A DNA stretch of 64,000 bases from an uncultured Planctomycetota bacterium (GCA_963823665.1 CAWGMQ010000005.1:832001-896000); one strand, 5' to 3'; positions 10,641 through 20,388 are shown, counted from the stretch's first letter. A program made the numbers and translations. Notes: generated from the letters alone by a model not told the origin.

Positions 10641-11105
10641 TCAACGTGCGTACTTTTCCACACGCCGATCGCCTTATTCTTTTGTCGAAGGGAGCCGGAT
10701 CGCCTTGAGGCATTGTTACACGCAACGTGTGCGCCCGGCCCCCCACGCCGGCGGAGGCGGCACCACCCCCCACGCGGGAGGAAAACGCGACGAGCGACAT
10801 CCACCGAGCAGCCGTCATCTTGTTCATGATGATCGCAATCACTCGTTTGCGCGTTTATCGCGATCGCTTATCCTGATTGTCAACGGCTCCGCGCCGTCGC
10901 AAGGCTCCTCCATCTAGCTAAGATTCGAAAGGAGCCGGGGGCAGGGAGTTTTATGCTCCCTGCCCCCGATAATCCGCAGCAACTCGTCCGGCGGCTATGA
11001 TCTTATCGCACGCTTCGGAAAACTTTCCAGATCTACCGCACCACTGTTAGTGAACCTCGCGAAGGGTGCGTTTCCGGCTCAAGGCGATCCAGCTTTCGCT
11101 AGATC

Positions 11106-11266
11106 CGGCCTGCCTGCTTGCTGCATCGCCAAAGCGACACATTTGTCTCAAATGTTCCGACGGTTTTGTTACCTCGACCGCCGCTCCGAGAGCTACCGGC
11201 TGGAGCGACCCAGTTGCCGGGTGGGAATTGCACCCACTGAAGAACAACACCTTCTACACGGCGCAC
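11106..11266 (-). repeat. Group II intron 5' fragment (domain I), copy A
   Basis: Minus strand begins GTGCGCCGTG...GGGTGCAATTCCCACCCGGC...GGTCGCTCCAGCCGGTAGC; no RT ORF or domain V seen. Confidence 0.7.
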
Positions 11267-11295
11267 AATAGGTCTGACCACCAGGATGAGCGTCT

Positions 11296-12776
11296 TGAGC
11301 CGGTCGCGGACGCCTGAAAAGGCAGTGAGCAAAAAAAACGCCGCCAGCCCTTTCCTGCGTGATCGCAGGGAGCCGACGGCGTGATCTAGTACGAAGGTGA
11401 TCGTTTCCGGAGGCTGCTGGACCGGATTGAGAAACTCGTTGAATTCCAGTCCAGCGGCCTGATACTTCAGCGGCTTCGCCGGCGGTTGCTTTTCGGGGCC
11501 GCAACCACTTGACCGTCGAGCTCATCAAGTACCCGGATGACCTCGCGGGCCTGCTGAGCGAGCGTCTTGATCTGCGAGCTGGACCCGGCTGCCTGGCTCT
11601 CCGCCCTGGCAGCACCTGCGCGGTTCCCCGGTGCTTTGTCATTGCTGGCTGCACCCGAGGAGCCCGGACCGTTCTCATGCAGGCTGGCCACGATCTCGTT
11701 CACGGACTCGCGTCCGTCGGCTGCCATGGACTTCGCGTGGTTCCGCAATTGCTGGACCGCCGCATCGTTAGCACCCATGTCGCGCACGGAATGATTGAGC
11801 TCAAACGCATTGAGGGACTCTTTCACAGCGTGATTGATGAGGGTGAACATGGTGACGTCGGCCGTCGTGAACTGAAATTCGCCGGAGCCCACCTGAGCAC
11901 TGCGGCCCTTGCGATTCCGGGTCGAATCAGCCTTTTCAGCCTGGCCCTGATCTGCGGTTGACCGGTCTGCCGGCTTCGAGCCCGCGTCCCAGCCACACTC
12001 TCTGGCGATGGAATTCAGCGAGTTCGCGTAGACGTTTGCCACAGCGTGGAGTTGCGACGCCCCAGCACGGTCTCCGCGAGCCTCAGTTTCTCCACGAATC
12101 AGCCGATCGCTCGCCGTCATCAACTCGTGGCTGTTCTCGAACGACTTGCGGACCTGCTGCTCTAGCTGAATCTGGCAGCCGCGGCCGTCTTCGCTCACTG
12201 AGCGAGCCGCCGCGCCGGGAGCAACATTCGTGGCGGCAGAAGCGTTCACGCCCGCACCACCTGAACCAGAGATCGCACGGTCGCCGGTGCCGGCAGCACC
12301 CGCAGAGCAAGCCTGGTGGATGGTCAGTTGCAACTCGCTGCCTTCGATCGCCATGCCGAGAGCATGCGTGATCAGCAACTGATTGCTTTGTCCCGTCGAA
12401 CCACCCGATTTGCTGGCTGAATCCTGACCTTGACCCCGCGCGGTCGACAGACCGACCGCCGTGGCAGCCAACAGACCAAGCGCACCCACCAACCGAATCT
12501 TTACTTGTCTCATAACCTACTCTTCTTGTTGAACAATCCTCAAACTCTCTGCGCACATCCCACAGTCGTAGAACGACGGATGGCATGGGATGCCGACGCG
12601 GGACATTGTCGACGCTGATCCCATCAAATGCAAGAAAAATTATTTTTTCATTAATTTAATATTTCAATGCTCCTTATCTGACGCAACGGCGAGCTGGCAT
12701 GGCACTTCTGATCAGAGTCAACGGAGACGACACGAAAGAACCAGCGCAGAATTCGGCCGCGACACTGAAAATCACG
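11296..12776. repeat. ~1.48 kb near-identical direct repeat, copy 1 (copy 2 at 18380-19859)
   Basis: Identical ORF translations at an offset of 7083 bp; only a few base differences visible. Confidence 0.95.
11467..12513 (-). CDS. Secreted hypothetical protein (copy 1)
   Basis: N-terminal signal peptide and two helical 'LI.HA' segments; 348 aa. Confidence 0.7.
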   Translation of the reverse strand: MRQVKIRLVGALGLLAATAVGLSTARGQGQDSASKSGGSTGQSNQLLITHALGMAIEGSELQLTIHQACSAGAAGTGDRAISGSGGAGVNASAATNVAPGAAARSVSEDGRGCQIQLEQQVRKSFENSHELMTASDRLIRGETEARGDRAGASQLHAVANVYANSLNSIARECGWDAGSKPADRSTADQGQAEKADSTRNRKGRSAQVGSGEFQFTTADVTMFTLINHAVKESLNAFELNHSVRDMGANDAAVQQLRNHAKSMAADGRESVNEIVASLHENGPGSSGAASNDKAPGNRAGAARAESQAAGSSSQIKTLAQQAREVIRVLDELDGQVVAAPKSNRRRSR

Positions 12777-12893
12777 ATGAAGGCGCGACGGGCGTCGGGC
12801 GGGCGGGTGGGTGGGTGACGTATCGTGCTAAGAAGTGGCCTAATTAAAGATTCTCGGCGAAGCTGCCGAACACCTTTCTGATGGACATCACCT

Positions 12894-13671
12894 TTGAGTG
12901 CGTGTATTGAGGCTCCAGTGAGAAAACCAAGGTTTCGTCGCTCGCTTCGAGAAATCCTCAGCGCTGTCTTGAGGCTAGCTTCCCGCGACGAAGAGGCTGA
13001 TTTTTTTGCCAGCCTTTCGGACGTCGAAATGGATCGCTGGTTGTTTCGTACCGCGGTTCATGAGGCTGGGCACGCCGTCGTCGCGATCAAGACCGGGCTC
13101 GGATTGAGATCCGTCAGCATCGTGCCCCGTTCGTACAAAGGAATCGTATTCCTTGGTGTCACCAACATCCCGCCGTCCGACCTATCGCTGCTCTCAAGAA
13201 TCGCTGGGAAGGGCGAATCGGCTGCGCTGCCGCTCACGGCGTTTCTGCTCGCGGGTTCATTGAGCGAGGAATGGCTGGGTGGGAGACGCCTGGCGGAGGC
13301 TGGCTCTCTTGTGGATTACAGGTGCGCATCTCATGGCGCTGGTGGTGGCGTTGTGCGGTCGAGCGCCAGTATCGAAAGCCCGGCGAATGAGCAAGATGCC
13401 CGAGATCGAAGTTGCGGTCAGGAATGCCATGATCGAGGCGCACATGGCCCTATTCGGATGCGAACCGATCGTTCGACGAATCGCAACCGCGCTCATCAAA
13501 GAGCGGCGTCTTACAGGAGACGAGGTCATCGCGATCATGGACGGACGCGGCAAGAAGGAAAAAACGAACAAGCGGTTGCGGCGACGTTCCGCGAGTGCGG
13601 AGGGCGGCAAGTTCGGCCCAAGACGAGGCGCAGAGGACAGGAGATCGCCAGCAGGAAGGCGACCGGTCTAA
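12894..13671 (+). CDS. Peptidase M41-like (FtsH protease domain only) protein, frameshifted near 13325
   Basis: TAVHEAGHAVVA zinc motif; the second frame ends 'IATALIKERRLTGDEV'. Confidence 0.65.
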
Positions 13672-13871
13672 GCAACGACTAGTGCCTTGCAGGAGGAATG
13701 ATGCGATGCGCCCGCGTCCATCTGAAAGGATGCGATCGACGGAAGCGGGTGCGGACGATCGGCGCAGCGCGGGCGACGCGGGTCACCTCGACTGCGCGGC
13801 GTTCGTTGTTTATCGGGCGGGGCAGGCGGCGAGGTTAGCGAGGTGGTGGACCCCCAAGACGTCGTGCGCCT

Positions 13872-14093
13872 CCTAATGCAAGGTCGGTGTCCACATTGGT
13901 CGTTTCGAGGCCTGCTCGACGTTCACTCACGTTACGGCCTGCCTGCTCGCTGCATCGCCAAAGCGACACATTTGTCTCGAAGGCTCCGACGGTTTCGTTA
14001 CGTTCACCGCCGCTCCGATAGCTACCGGCTGGAGCGACCCAGATGCCGGGTGGGAGTTGCACCCAGTGAAGACCAACACCTTTCACGGCGCAC
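13872..14093 (-). repeat. Group II intron 5' fragment, copy B
   Basis: GTGCGCCGTGAAAGGTGTTGG start on the minus strand; homologous to copies A, C and D. Confidence 0.7.
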
Positions 14094-14156
14094 ACTAGGG
14101 TCTGACCCCGGGGAAGGTCTGACCCCGGGGATGGGGTGATGTCGGGAGCAGAGCCT

Positions 14157-14459
14157 TTATGTCTTCAAAACGTCCTTAATGCTGCCGCCGAGGGCGAATA
14201 ATCCGTGAAACATCTGGTCGAGCGAGACGTCGGTGGCGCCGGACTCCATTCTGGCAATCCGTGGCTGGCTTGTATTCAGACGCCGCGCTGTTTGGGCTTG
14301 GGTAAGCCCGATCCTCTTGCGTCGATCGCGGACTGCTCGGCAGACTGCCAGGCGCAACTGAACGAGCTTCCGCTCTTCTTCGGTCAGCTCCAGAAAATCT
14401 TCGGCATCCTCGAAAATCACGCCGGCTGATTGGAGAGCCTTCTTTCTTGGTGCGTTCAT
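14157..14459 (-). CDS. XRE-family HTH antitoxin (HigA-like)
   Basis: LTQAQTARRLNTSQPRIARMESG HTH; overlaps the toxin stop codon. Confidence 0.85.
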   Translation of the reverse strand: MNAPRKKALQSAGVIFEDAEDFLELTEEERKLVQLRLAVCRAVRDRRKRIGLTQAQTARRLNTSQPRIARMESGATDVSLDQMFHGLFALGGSIKDVLKT

Positions 14460-14824
14460 CTCTTCCCTCCCGTCTTTGTGGCTTTGACGACTTTGTCGTA
14501 TTCCCTGAGTCGGCTCTTGGATCTTTCGAGGTCTTGCTGGGTCGTCTTTTGGGTCGTCTTTGAGAAGACATCAGCAACGACGATTGCCTCTGGATCGATG
14601 CGGTAAATGACGCGCCAGATCCGGTTTTCGTCGGTGACCCTCAGTTCATGACACCGAGGGCCGATGGAAGGCATGGGTCGTGAGTGTGGTAATCCAAGGG
14701 ATTCGCCATCCTGGAGTTGGGACAATAGCACTCCAACCTCAACTCTTGCGTTTTTGGACAAGGGCGGAGTTTTGATCCAATCGCCAAGCCTCGTCAGTTG
14801 CTTTCGAGCTGATTCCTTGGCCAT
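14456..14824 (-). CDS. RelE/HigB (Gp49-like) toxin
   Basis: IKTPP, PHSRPMPSIG..CHELRV....WRVIY...VFSKTTQKT; toxin-first gene order. Confidence 0.85.
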   Translation of the reverse strand: MAKESARKQLTRLGDWIKTPPLSKNARVEVGVLLSQLQDGESLGLPHSRPMPSIGPRCHELRVTDENRIWRVIYRIDPEAIVVADVFSKTTQKTTQQDLERSKSRLREYDKVVKATKTGGKR

Positions 14825-15009
14825 GATTCCTCGAGCGCGTGATTTCCGTAGCTTCGAGTTTATACTATTTACGGTATATCGTCAATTAAGTTTGGCCATT
14901 GATTCGGGGTGCCGAATCCGACCGAAGCACATAGCATTGGGTCGATTCGACTTGGCGCCCGCAAACAGCGTGTATCGGGCGGGCGACGAGCGTCGCATGG
15001 GGTGCCTGG

Positions 15010-15335
15010 CATTCGTCGTCATTACCCCGGTGGCCCGCTGGGCCTTGATCGCTCGTGGGACGGCCTATTCCAACCGTTTCCCTGTACCCAGCGGCTGCGG
15101 CCTTCCCCATCCTAATGCAAGGTTGGCGTCCACATTGGTCGTTTCGAGGCCTGCTCGACGTTCACTGGTTATTACGGCCTGTCGGTTCGCCGAGTCGCCA
15201 AGCGACCCGTTTTTCGCGACGGCTCCGACGCTTTCGTTTCCTCCCCGCGTCGCTTCGATAGCTACCGGCTAGAACGACCCAGATGCCGGGTGGGAGTTGC
15301 ACCCAATGAAGACCAACACCTTCTACACGGCGCAC
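15010..15335 (-). repeat. Group II intron 5' fragment, copy C (longest and most diverged)
   Basis: GTGCG start; extends to a CCACCGGGGTAATGACGACG domain I motif. Confidence 0.72.
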
Positions 15336-15699
15336 ACTAGGTCTGACCCCCCAGGATGAAAGGAGGTCTGACCCCCAGGATGACCCCCAGGAGGTGTTGC
15401 GCGTGGGGGTAAGTGATCCGGGCCAAGGACTGGAAGAGCGGATTGACTTTTGCTGCCAGTGTCGCGAATGGTTCAGCGAGCGACTTGCGGCGGCTTCGCC
15501 AAATCGAACCGGCGGCGGAACGCAGCCCTCACGAACTCAAACAATCGATTCAGGTTAGAGCGTAGAATGCCGAATATAGGCTTTATTAAACTGTTCTTCG
15601 GCTTGTCGGTTGAGCGACGGGTCGTTGACAACTTTCCGCGAGCCAGACATCCTAAAGATTGCTAAGTATATGGTTGTGAGACGTAGGACGCGATCGAAA

Positions 15700-16494
15700 A
15701 TGGCTTTTCCGCAATCTGAGAGGGTGGTTTATCCGGTCAACCCTCTCGACGAGGTGATTTGCCAACTGCGGTATCCTACAATTCTTAGGATTGAATCGGA
15801 GCCCCCGGTCACATTCCAAGAGCGCGTCCGCGGAACGTTTCCGTTATACAAGAACAGCCCGGGCATCCAATTCGGCATTGGTATCCCACCGAACGTGCTG
15901 GAATTCATGGGAAAGGATCTGCCGTTTGGAGGGGGGCAACAGACCCACGAGTTTAAATCGAAGGACGAAAACTGGACGGTAACGCTCGCAAAGGAATCCC
16001 TGGCTCTCACGTGCAACCAATACACGCGGTGGGAGGACTTCCGCCAGCGCCTATCGAACACCCTAGGCACGCTTCTCGAGATCTACGCTCCCAGTTTTTT
16101 TGTGCGCGTTGGTTTGCGATATAGGAACATTATTCGGAGATCTCGCCTGGGTTTGGATGGCGTCGAATGGTCCGATTTGATAAGTCCCTGGATCGCAGGC
16201 GCATATTCTTCGCCCGAACTGAAATCGGAAGTCGAACATAGCCTACTCCAGACGGTGGTTAAACTACCGAACCACAACGGTCGAGCCCTGATCTCGAGTG
16301 GCACGGTCAAAGAGAGGGCGACAAGCGAGATATGCTACATGATCGACGCCGATTTTTTTATAGATCAACACACGGAGTGCAGCGATGCCCTTGAACGACT
16401 TAATTTCCTTAACCGACAGTCAGCCAGTTTCTTCCAGTTCTGCATCGGAGAGCGCCTTCAGAGCGCACTTCGCGCTAAGCCCGATGGGCGGTGA
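15700..16494 (+). CDS. TIGR04255 family protein
   Basis: Y..NPL.EVICQLRYP, YTRWEDF, RVGLRYRN.I and Y.IDADFF motifs. Confidence 0.85.
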   Translation: MAFPQSERVVYPVNPLDEVICQLRYPTILRIESEPPVTFQERVRGTFPLYKNSPGIQFGIGIPPNVLEFMGKDLPFGGGQQTHEFKSKDENWTVTLAKESLALTCNQYTRWEDFRQRLSNTLGTLLEIYAPSFFVRVGLRYRNIIRRSRLGLDGVEWSDLISPWIAGAYSSPELKSEVEHSLLQTVVKLPNHNGRALISSGTVKERATSEICYMIDADFFIDQHTECSDALERLNFLNRQSASFFQFCIGERLQSALRAKPDGR

Positions 16495-16831
16495 CTGGGA
16501 TACATGCCGCGAACTTCCCGGATTCAGCCTATGTATGGAGACCGAATCGCGAACCGGCCGGGTTGATTATTGGCTTAGCCTGAGAATACCGGGCACCTCT
16601 GGCGGCAGCGAGTTTCCAGAAGACGTCAGGTACAGGCTGCGCTGTTTCTGTTTTCTCGCATATCTTCCGACGGAAGCACTCCAAGAGGCGGCGGAAACCC
16701 TCAAAAGCATGTGGGAATACTATCGCGTCCCATTCGTGCCCGTACGGTCGCTTCCGACTGCGCCAGCTCAAGTCATCGAGCTCGGCCAGAGCTACACCCG
16801 GCCCACATTTCAGGTGAACGAGGACGACTGA
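16484..16831 (+). CDS. Small hypothetical protein, middle gene of the TIGR04255 module
   Basis: ATG overlaps the end of the upstream ORF; stop lies 1 nt before the next gene. Confidence 0.6.
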   Translation: MGGDWDTCRELPGFSLCMETESRTGRVDYWLSLRIPGTSGGSEFPEDVRYRLRCFCFLAYLPTEALQEAAETLKSMWEYYRVPFVPVRSLPTAPAQVIELGQSYTRPTFQVNEDD

Positions 16832-16832
16832 A

Positions 16833-17414
16833 TTGGGTGACGCGCCTGCGATTTACACGAATTCAAGCGCAGGTGCTGATCGCCAACTCGATCAAGGCGA
16901 GATTCTTTCCGATTTAGTGCATGTGCACATAGACGTGCCCTCGCTCGTTACTCCACCGCTCAAAGTCGTCGCCAAGCAGCATCCATTGGCAATTATTCTG
17001 AGCCAGGGATGCGACCTCGAGCAAGACTTCTTTGCTCGGCTCAGGGGGGAAACTTCTAGCAAAGTGGTCCCGACGATACTGTTCTGCGAGGTCATGATCG
17101 CAACCGAGATTTATAATACCGCGGAAGTGAATAGAAGAGTCTGGGATCAAATAAAGATCAACAAACACGAGCGATACCATTTCTTTCAGGCGGTCGGCGA
17201 GATCTTTGACGGAATGGGTTCAGGTCTGGCCGAGTGCGTCGCCGACTTTAAAAGATTCTTCGCGATACCCGCGGATGAAGTTTATGAGCGTATCAAGGCC
17301 GGAGAAGCAAAGAGAAGATGCTCGCTCGCTAGTCCATATCTAGAGCACTCTAGCCATCGCTTTGCTAACTTTCTGAGCCGGGTCGCGCTTCCTCAAGACC
17401 ACGCTAGCGCATAA
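16833..17414 (+). CDS. Hypothetical protein with QGE...SQxCD motif (possible toxin/RNase)
   Basis: LDQGEIL, IILSQGCDL, DFKRFF and F..RVALP; tightly coupled to the upstream gene. Confidence 0.65.
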   Translation: MGDAPAIYTNSSAGADRQLDQGEILSDLVHVHIDVPSLVTPPLKVVAKQHPLAIILSQGCDLEQDFFARLRGETSSKVVPTILFCEVMIATEIYNTAEVNRRVWDQIKINKHERYHFFQAVGEIFDGMGSGLAECVADFKRFFAIPADEVYERIKAGEAKRRCSLASPYLEHSSHRFANFLSRVALPQDHASA

Positions 17415-17716
17415 GGGCTAGGTCACGCATCGTGATTCGAGCTTGGAGGGTAGTCCGTTTGGTCGGCGGTGGGCTAGCCAGCCGACGGAGACGATCCGTC
17501 GTCACTCCAGGCGTGCGCTGGGCCAGAGCTCTGCGGGAAGAATGATGCGATGCGCGCGCTGCGCCCGTCTGAAAGATGGGATCGAAGGACGTGGCTGCAG
17601 ATCATCGGCTCACGGCGGGCGACGCCGGTCGCATCGACTGTGCAGCATTCGTTGTTCATCGGGCGCGGTTCCCGGCGAGGTGGGCGAGGTGGTGGACCCC
17701 CAAGACGTCGCGCGCC

Positions 17717-17941
17717 TCCTAATGAAAGGTCGGCGTCCACATTGGTCGTTTCGAGGCCTGCTCGACGTTCGCTCGTGTTACGGCCTGCCTGCTCGCTGCA
17801 TCGCCAAAGCGACACATTTGTCTCAAATGTTCCGACGGTTTTGTTACCTCGACCGCCGCTCCGAGAGCTACCGGCTGGAGCGACCCAGTTGCCGGATGGG
17901 AGTTTCACCCATTGAAGGCCAACACCTTCTACACGGCGCAC
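17717..17941 (-). repeat. Group II intron 5' fragment, copy D
   Basis: Nearly identical to copy A over the last ~180 bp; shares ~170 bp of additional flank with copy B. Confidence 0.7.
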
Positions 17942-17959
17942 AATAGGTCTGACCACCAG

Positions 17960-18401
17960 GAAGGTGCTCGCCTCATTCGAAACCGTCCCGCCCGATCGAC
18001 GGGCGTCGCCCGATTTTCGCAGGGCCGTGGCCGTCTTCGCGCACATCGTCGCCGCGCGTCGGATGTGGCTCTCGCGGTTCGGTGTGATCCCGGCCGCGCC
18101 CGGCGCGCTCTTCCCGGATGACCCCGACATGGCCCGCGTAACAGATTCTTGGAGTGAGGTGCAAGGTCTATTGTCCGATTTCCTCGCCGGCGCCGCCGAC
18201 GCAGACCTGGGCCCTGAGTTCGAGTACCAGAGCCTGGACGCCGGCCGGTTCCGCAATCGCGTCGAGGACATCCTGGCCCAGTTGTTCAGCCACTCCTCTT
18301 TTCATCGGGGCCAGATCGCGATGCTGATCCGGTCGGCCGGAGGTGAGCCGGCGGTCACGGACCTGATCTTCTGGTGCCGTGAGCCGGTCGCGGACGCCTG
18401 A
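17960..18401 (+). pseudogene. DinB family protein, 5'-truncated
   Basis: H...A...W..R and H..FHRGQIAMLIR..G.EP..TD motifs; begins abruptly (KVLAS) after the GGTCTGACC junction with no RBS/ATG. Confidence 0.75.
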
Positions 18402-19859
18402 AAAGGCAGTGAGCAAAAAAACGCCGCCAGCCCTTTCCTGCGTGATCGCAGGGAGCCGACGGCGTGATCTAGCACGAAGGTGATCGTTTCCGGAGGCTGC
18501 TGGACCGGATTGAGAAACTCGTTGAATTCCAGTCCAGCGGCCTGATACTTCAGCGGCTTCGCCGGCGGTTGCTTTTCGGGGCCGCAACCACTTGACCGTC
18601 GAGCTCATCAAGTACCCGGATGACCTCGCGGGCCTGCTGAGCGAGCGTCTTGATTTGCGAGCTGGACCCGGCTGCCTGGCTCTCCGCCCTGGCAGCACCT
18701 GCGCGGTTCCCCGGTGCTTTGTCATTGCTGGCTGCACCCGAGGAGCCCGGACCGTTCTCATGCAGGCTGGCCACGATCTCGTTCACGGACTCGCGTCCGT
18801 CGGCTGCCATGGACTTCGCGTGGTTCCGCAATTGCTGGACCGCCGCATCGTTAGCACCCATGTCGCGCACGGAATGATTGAGCTCAAACGCATTGAGGGA
18901 CTCTTTCACAGCGTGATTGATGAGGGTGAACATGGTGACGTCGGCCGTCGTGAACTGAAATTCGCCGGAGCCCACCTGAGCACTGCGGCCCTTGCGATTC
19001 CGGGTCGAATCAGCCTTTTCAGCCTGGCCCTGATCTGCGGTTGACCGGTCTGCCGGCTTCGAGCCCGCGTCCCAGCCACACTCTCTGGCGATGGAATTCA
19101 GCGAGTTCGCGTAGACGTTTGCCACAGCGTGGAGTTGCGACGCCCCAGCACGGTCTCCGCGAGCCTCAGTTTCTCCACGAATCAGCCGATCGCTCGCCGT
19201 CATCAACTCGTGGCTGTTCTCGAACGACTTGCGGACCTGCTGCTCTAGCTGAATCTGGCAGCCGCGGCCGTCTTCGCTCACTGAGCGAGCCGCCGCGCCG
19301 GGAGCAACATTCGTGGCGGCAGAAGCGTTCACGCCCGCACCACCTGAACCAGAGATCGCACGGTCGCCGGTGCCGGCAGCACCCGCAGAGCAAGCCTGGT
19401 GGATGGTCAGTTGCAACTCGCTGCCTTCGATCGCCATGCCGAGAGCATGCGTGATCAGCAACTGATTGCTTTGTCCCGTCGAACCACCCGATTTGCTGGC
19501 TGAATCCTGACCTTGACCCCGCGCGGTCGACAGACCGACCGCCGTGGCAGCCAACAGACCAAGCGCACCCACCAACCGAATCTTTACTTGTCTCATAACC
19601 TACTCTTCTTGTTGAACAATCCTCAAACTCTCTGCGCACATCCCACAGTCGTAGAACGACGGATGGCATGGGATGCCGACGCGGGACATTGTCGACGCTG
19701 ATCCCATCAAATGCAAGAAAAATTATTTTTTCATTAATTTAATATTTCAATGCTCCTTATCTGACGCAACGGCGAGCTGGCATGGCACTTCTGATCAGAG
19801 TCAACGGAGACGACACGAAAGAACCAGCGCAGAATTCGGCCGCGACAGCGAGAATCACG
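18380..19859. repeat. ~1.48 kb direct repeat, copy 2
   Basis: Matches 11296-12776. Confidence 0.95.
18550..19596 (-). CDS. Secreted hypothetical protein (copy 2, identical protein)
   Basis: Translation identical to that of 11467-12513. Confidence 0.7.
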   Translation of the reverse strand: MRQVKIRLVGALGLLAATAVGLSTARGQGQDSASKSGGSTGQSNQLLITHALGMAIEGSELQLTIHQACSAGAAGTGDRAISGSGGAGVNASAATNVAPGAAARSVSEDGRGCQIQLEQQVRKSFENSHELMTASDRLIRGETEARGDRAGASQLHAVANVYANSLNSIARECGWDAGSKPADRSTADQGQAEKADSTRNRKGRSAQVGSGEFQFTTADVTMFTLINHAVKESLNAFELNHSVRDMGANDAAVQQLRNHAKSMAADGRESVNEIVASLHENGPGSSGAASNDKAPGNRAGAARAESQAAGSSSQIKTLAQQAREVIRVLDELDGQVVAAPKSNRRRSR

Positions 19860-19981
19860 TGGCGATCGTTCCGGAACGGCGGGCCGGACGGCCCGATCTC
19901 GCAGTCCTGGGACGTGCACGGGTGGCTCACGATTCCCGAGCAACTTGGCTGAGGGCGTCGAGAAAGCCCCTGTCCCATCGA

Positions 19982-20305
19982 TTATCTTGAGCCACGGTGC
20001 GTCAATTGCCTTGGGCACTCACAGTCGAAGGAGACCGACTGACACTCTGCTTCGCGGCCATCAGGACGAACGGTCTGCTCCAGGCCGAGATCGCTTACCG
20101 TTTCGCGCACCCACTTCTCTTTGCCGTATGGTCGTCCCCTTTCGATGCTCACCCGCACTCGGTCTGATTCCTTCGTGGTCAAAGGAGCGCTGAAAGCGAG
20201 CCGTCCAGTTCGCCGGCCGTTCCACCGACCAAGTTGCCGCAGGTGAGCCTCAACCGTCACACGCTCGAACGCCTCAAAGTCGGACTCCTTGCGAAACATA
20301 TGCAT
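19982..20305 (-). pseudogene. Internally deleted REP-associated tyrosine (Y1/HUH) transposase
   Basis: N-terminal 'F.K..DFEAF.RV..EA' fused to C-terminal 'SIERGRPYG...WV......LGL..TVRP.GR'; catalytic core is missing; CCTGTCCC motif at ~19968. Confidence 0.65.
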
Positions 20306-20388
20306 CCTTAAACAAACGAAGTTTCCCTAAGGATCGCTATGCTCAAGCGTCATCTCCTCACCTCGAATCCCCCAGCGACCCCCGGAGA

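Noticed and set aside
11050..18000. Classical integron with attC sites
   Set aside because: No IntI gene, and I could not identify RYYYAAC...GTTRRRY attC structures; the repeats begin with the group II GTGCG consensus instead
11050..18000. Functional group II intron, retron or DGR
   Set aside because: No reverse transcriptase ORF and no domain V/VI found in the window
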